DNA of 63,962 nucleotides, the filler included, from Octopus bimaculoides (lineage: Eukaryota), in NCBI RefSeq assembly GCF_001194135.2. It is 6 parts of 5 records of this genome, joined end to end, with 100 filler letters (N's around TTAATTAATTAA, not from the genome) between each part and the next. Parts side by side here need not be neighbours in the genome. Positions count along the whole stretch, not along the records: positions 62,918 to 63,962 come from NC_069005.1; 5 more parts are not named here. One strand, 5' to 3'. Below are positions 62,918-63,962 of this stretch, piece by piece. The first letter of the stretch is position 1, and the number at the start of each line of letters is the position of its first letter. The notes beneath the pieces are model-generated. The model worked only from the letters and a program-made list of their open reading frames with translations, ran no database searches and was not told the DNA's origin. The translations under genes and the position numbers were made by a program.

Positions 62918-63517
62918 CCAAGCCGAGTTTAGTGTTCCTACAAATTTAGTTCGATTTCGATTTCACTTGCCTCACCATGTCTTCACAAGCGGAGTTTAGT
63001 GTCCAATGAAGGAATGTTACGCGTAAGTGGGCTGGCTACATCCCTGGCATAAGCCATGGGTTATGGTCTCACTTGGCTTGCCAGGTCTTCTCACGCACAG
63101 CATATTTCCAAAGGTCTCGATCACTAGTCATTGCCTCGGTGAGGCCTAATGTTCGAAGGTCGTGCTTCACCACCTCATCCCAGGTCTTCCTGGGCCTACC
63201 TCTTCCACGGGTTCCCTCAACTGTTAGGGTGTGGCACTTTTTCACGCAGCTATCCTCATCCATTCTCACCACATGTCCATACCAGCGCAATCGTCTCTCT
63301 TGCACACCACAACTGATGCTTCTAATGTTCAGCTTTTCTCTCAAGATACTTACACTCTGACGGGTATTCACATTGACATTACACATCCAACGGAGCATAC
63401 TGGCTTCATTCCTTGCGAGCTTACGTATGTCCTCAGCAGTTACAGCCCATGTTTCACTGCCATGTAGCATGGCTGTTCGTACGCATGCGTCATACAGTCT
63501 GCCTTTTACTCTGAGTG
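62918..63517 (-). mobile_element. 5'-truncated RTE-clade LINE: ORF C-terminus plus start of 3' UTR
   Basis: Minus-strand frame 63517-63069 is open and reads RVKGRLYDACVRTAMLHGSETW...RRLRWYGHVVRM...GTRGRGRPRKTWDEVVKHDL...WKYAV, the typical post-RT C-terminal signature of RTE LINEs. It starts at a (TA)n tract and runs into an assembly join. Confidence 0.93.
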
Positions 63518-63659
63518 ACACATATACATATATACACATACATATATATATACAAATACATATATATATATATATATACACATATATATATACATACATA
63601 CATATATATGCATATATAAATATATCATTCCCTTCCGGTCATTCCACAATGTAACCTCA

Positions 63660-63840
63660 TGTATATCGTTAGCGATTTTTCTTCCTCCGTCTTCCCTTCT
63701 TTGGACTTTCCTATATTTCCGACGAAGAGCTTCGCTCGAAGCGTCAAATTCTTTTCTCCTTTCCTGAGCGTCCTGTAACACAATATCTGTATCACATCCT
63801 CGCGTTGTTTTTTGTTGTCGTTTTTCTTGTTTGAACTCAC
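63660..63840 (+). mobile_element. Penelope-like terminal (pLTR-type) repeat
   Basis: CCGACGAAGAGCTTCGCTCGAAGCGTC...TTTCCTGAGCGTC, related to the minus-strand copies at 43485-43600 and 27465-27600. Confidence 0.55.
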
Positions 63841-63852
63841 TATATATACATA

Positions 63853-63948
<96 letters not shown>

Positions 63949-63962
63949 TACATATATATATA

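Overview
Animal genomic DNA from a gappy draft assembly, with roughly 9-10 kb of N. It is AT-rich and dense in microsatellites, and the repeat families suggest a cephalopod (Octopus-like) genome; that assignment is an inference and was not database-checked. No host protein-coding exon could be called with confidence, so the window looks intronic or intergenic. Almost all ORFs in the supplied track are artefacts of microsatellites or N-runs. The real coding remnants all come from transposons: RTE-clade LINE 3' ends (62918-63517 minus; 880-1322 plus), a LINE 3' end with two C2H2 fingers (11912-12210), a restriction-like-endonuclease LINE fragment abutting (TAA)n (5278-5430), a probable L1/Tx1 C-terminus, two decayed Penelope-like RT regions (47200-48260, 51770-52790), mariner 3' ends and a hAT transposase tail. 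At least four tRNA-derived SINE families occur in many copies, with module swapping, nesting and clear target-site duplications, alongside hAT, piggyBac and TA-flanked MITEs and several long hairpins. The most interesting observations are a hammerhead-ribozyme core at 15435-15475, an eight-unit SINE-derived tandem array at 40640-41850, two LINE fragments back-to-back on one (TAA)n tract, two independently folded-back mariner ends, a 61-bp-arm hairpin carrying a splice-donor consensus on both strands, and a near-intact tRNA-Thr-like cloverleaf. The five N44-TTAATTAATTAA-N44 blocks are artificial scaffold joins, so contiguity across them is not guaranteed.
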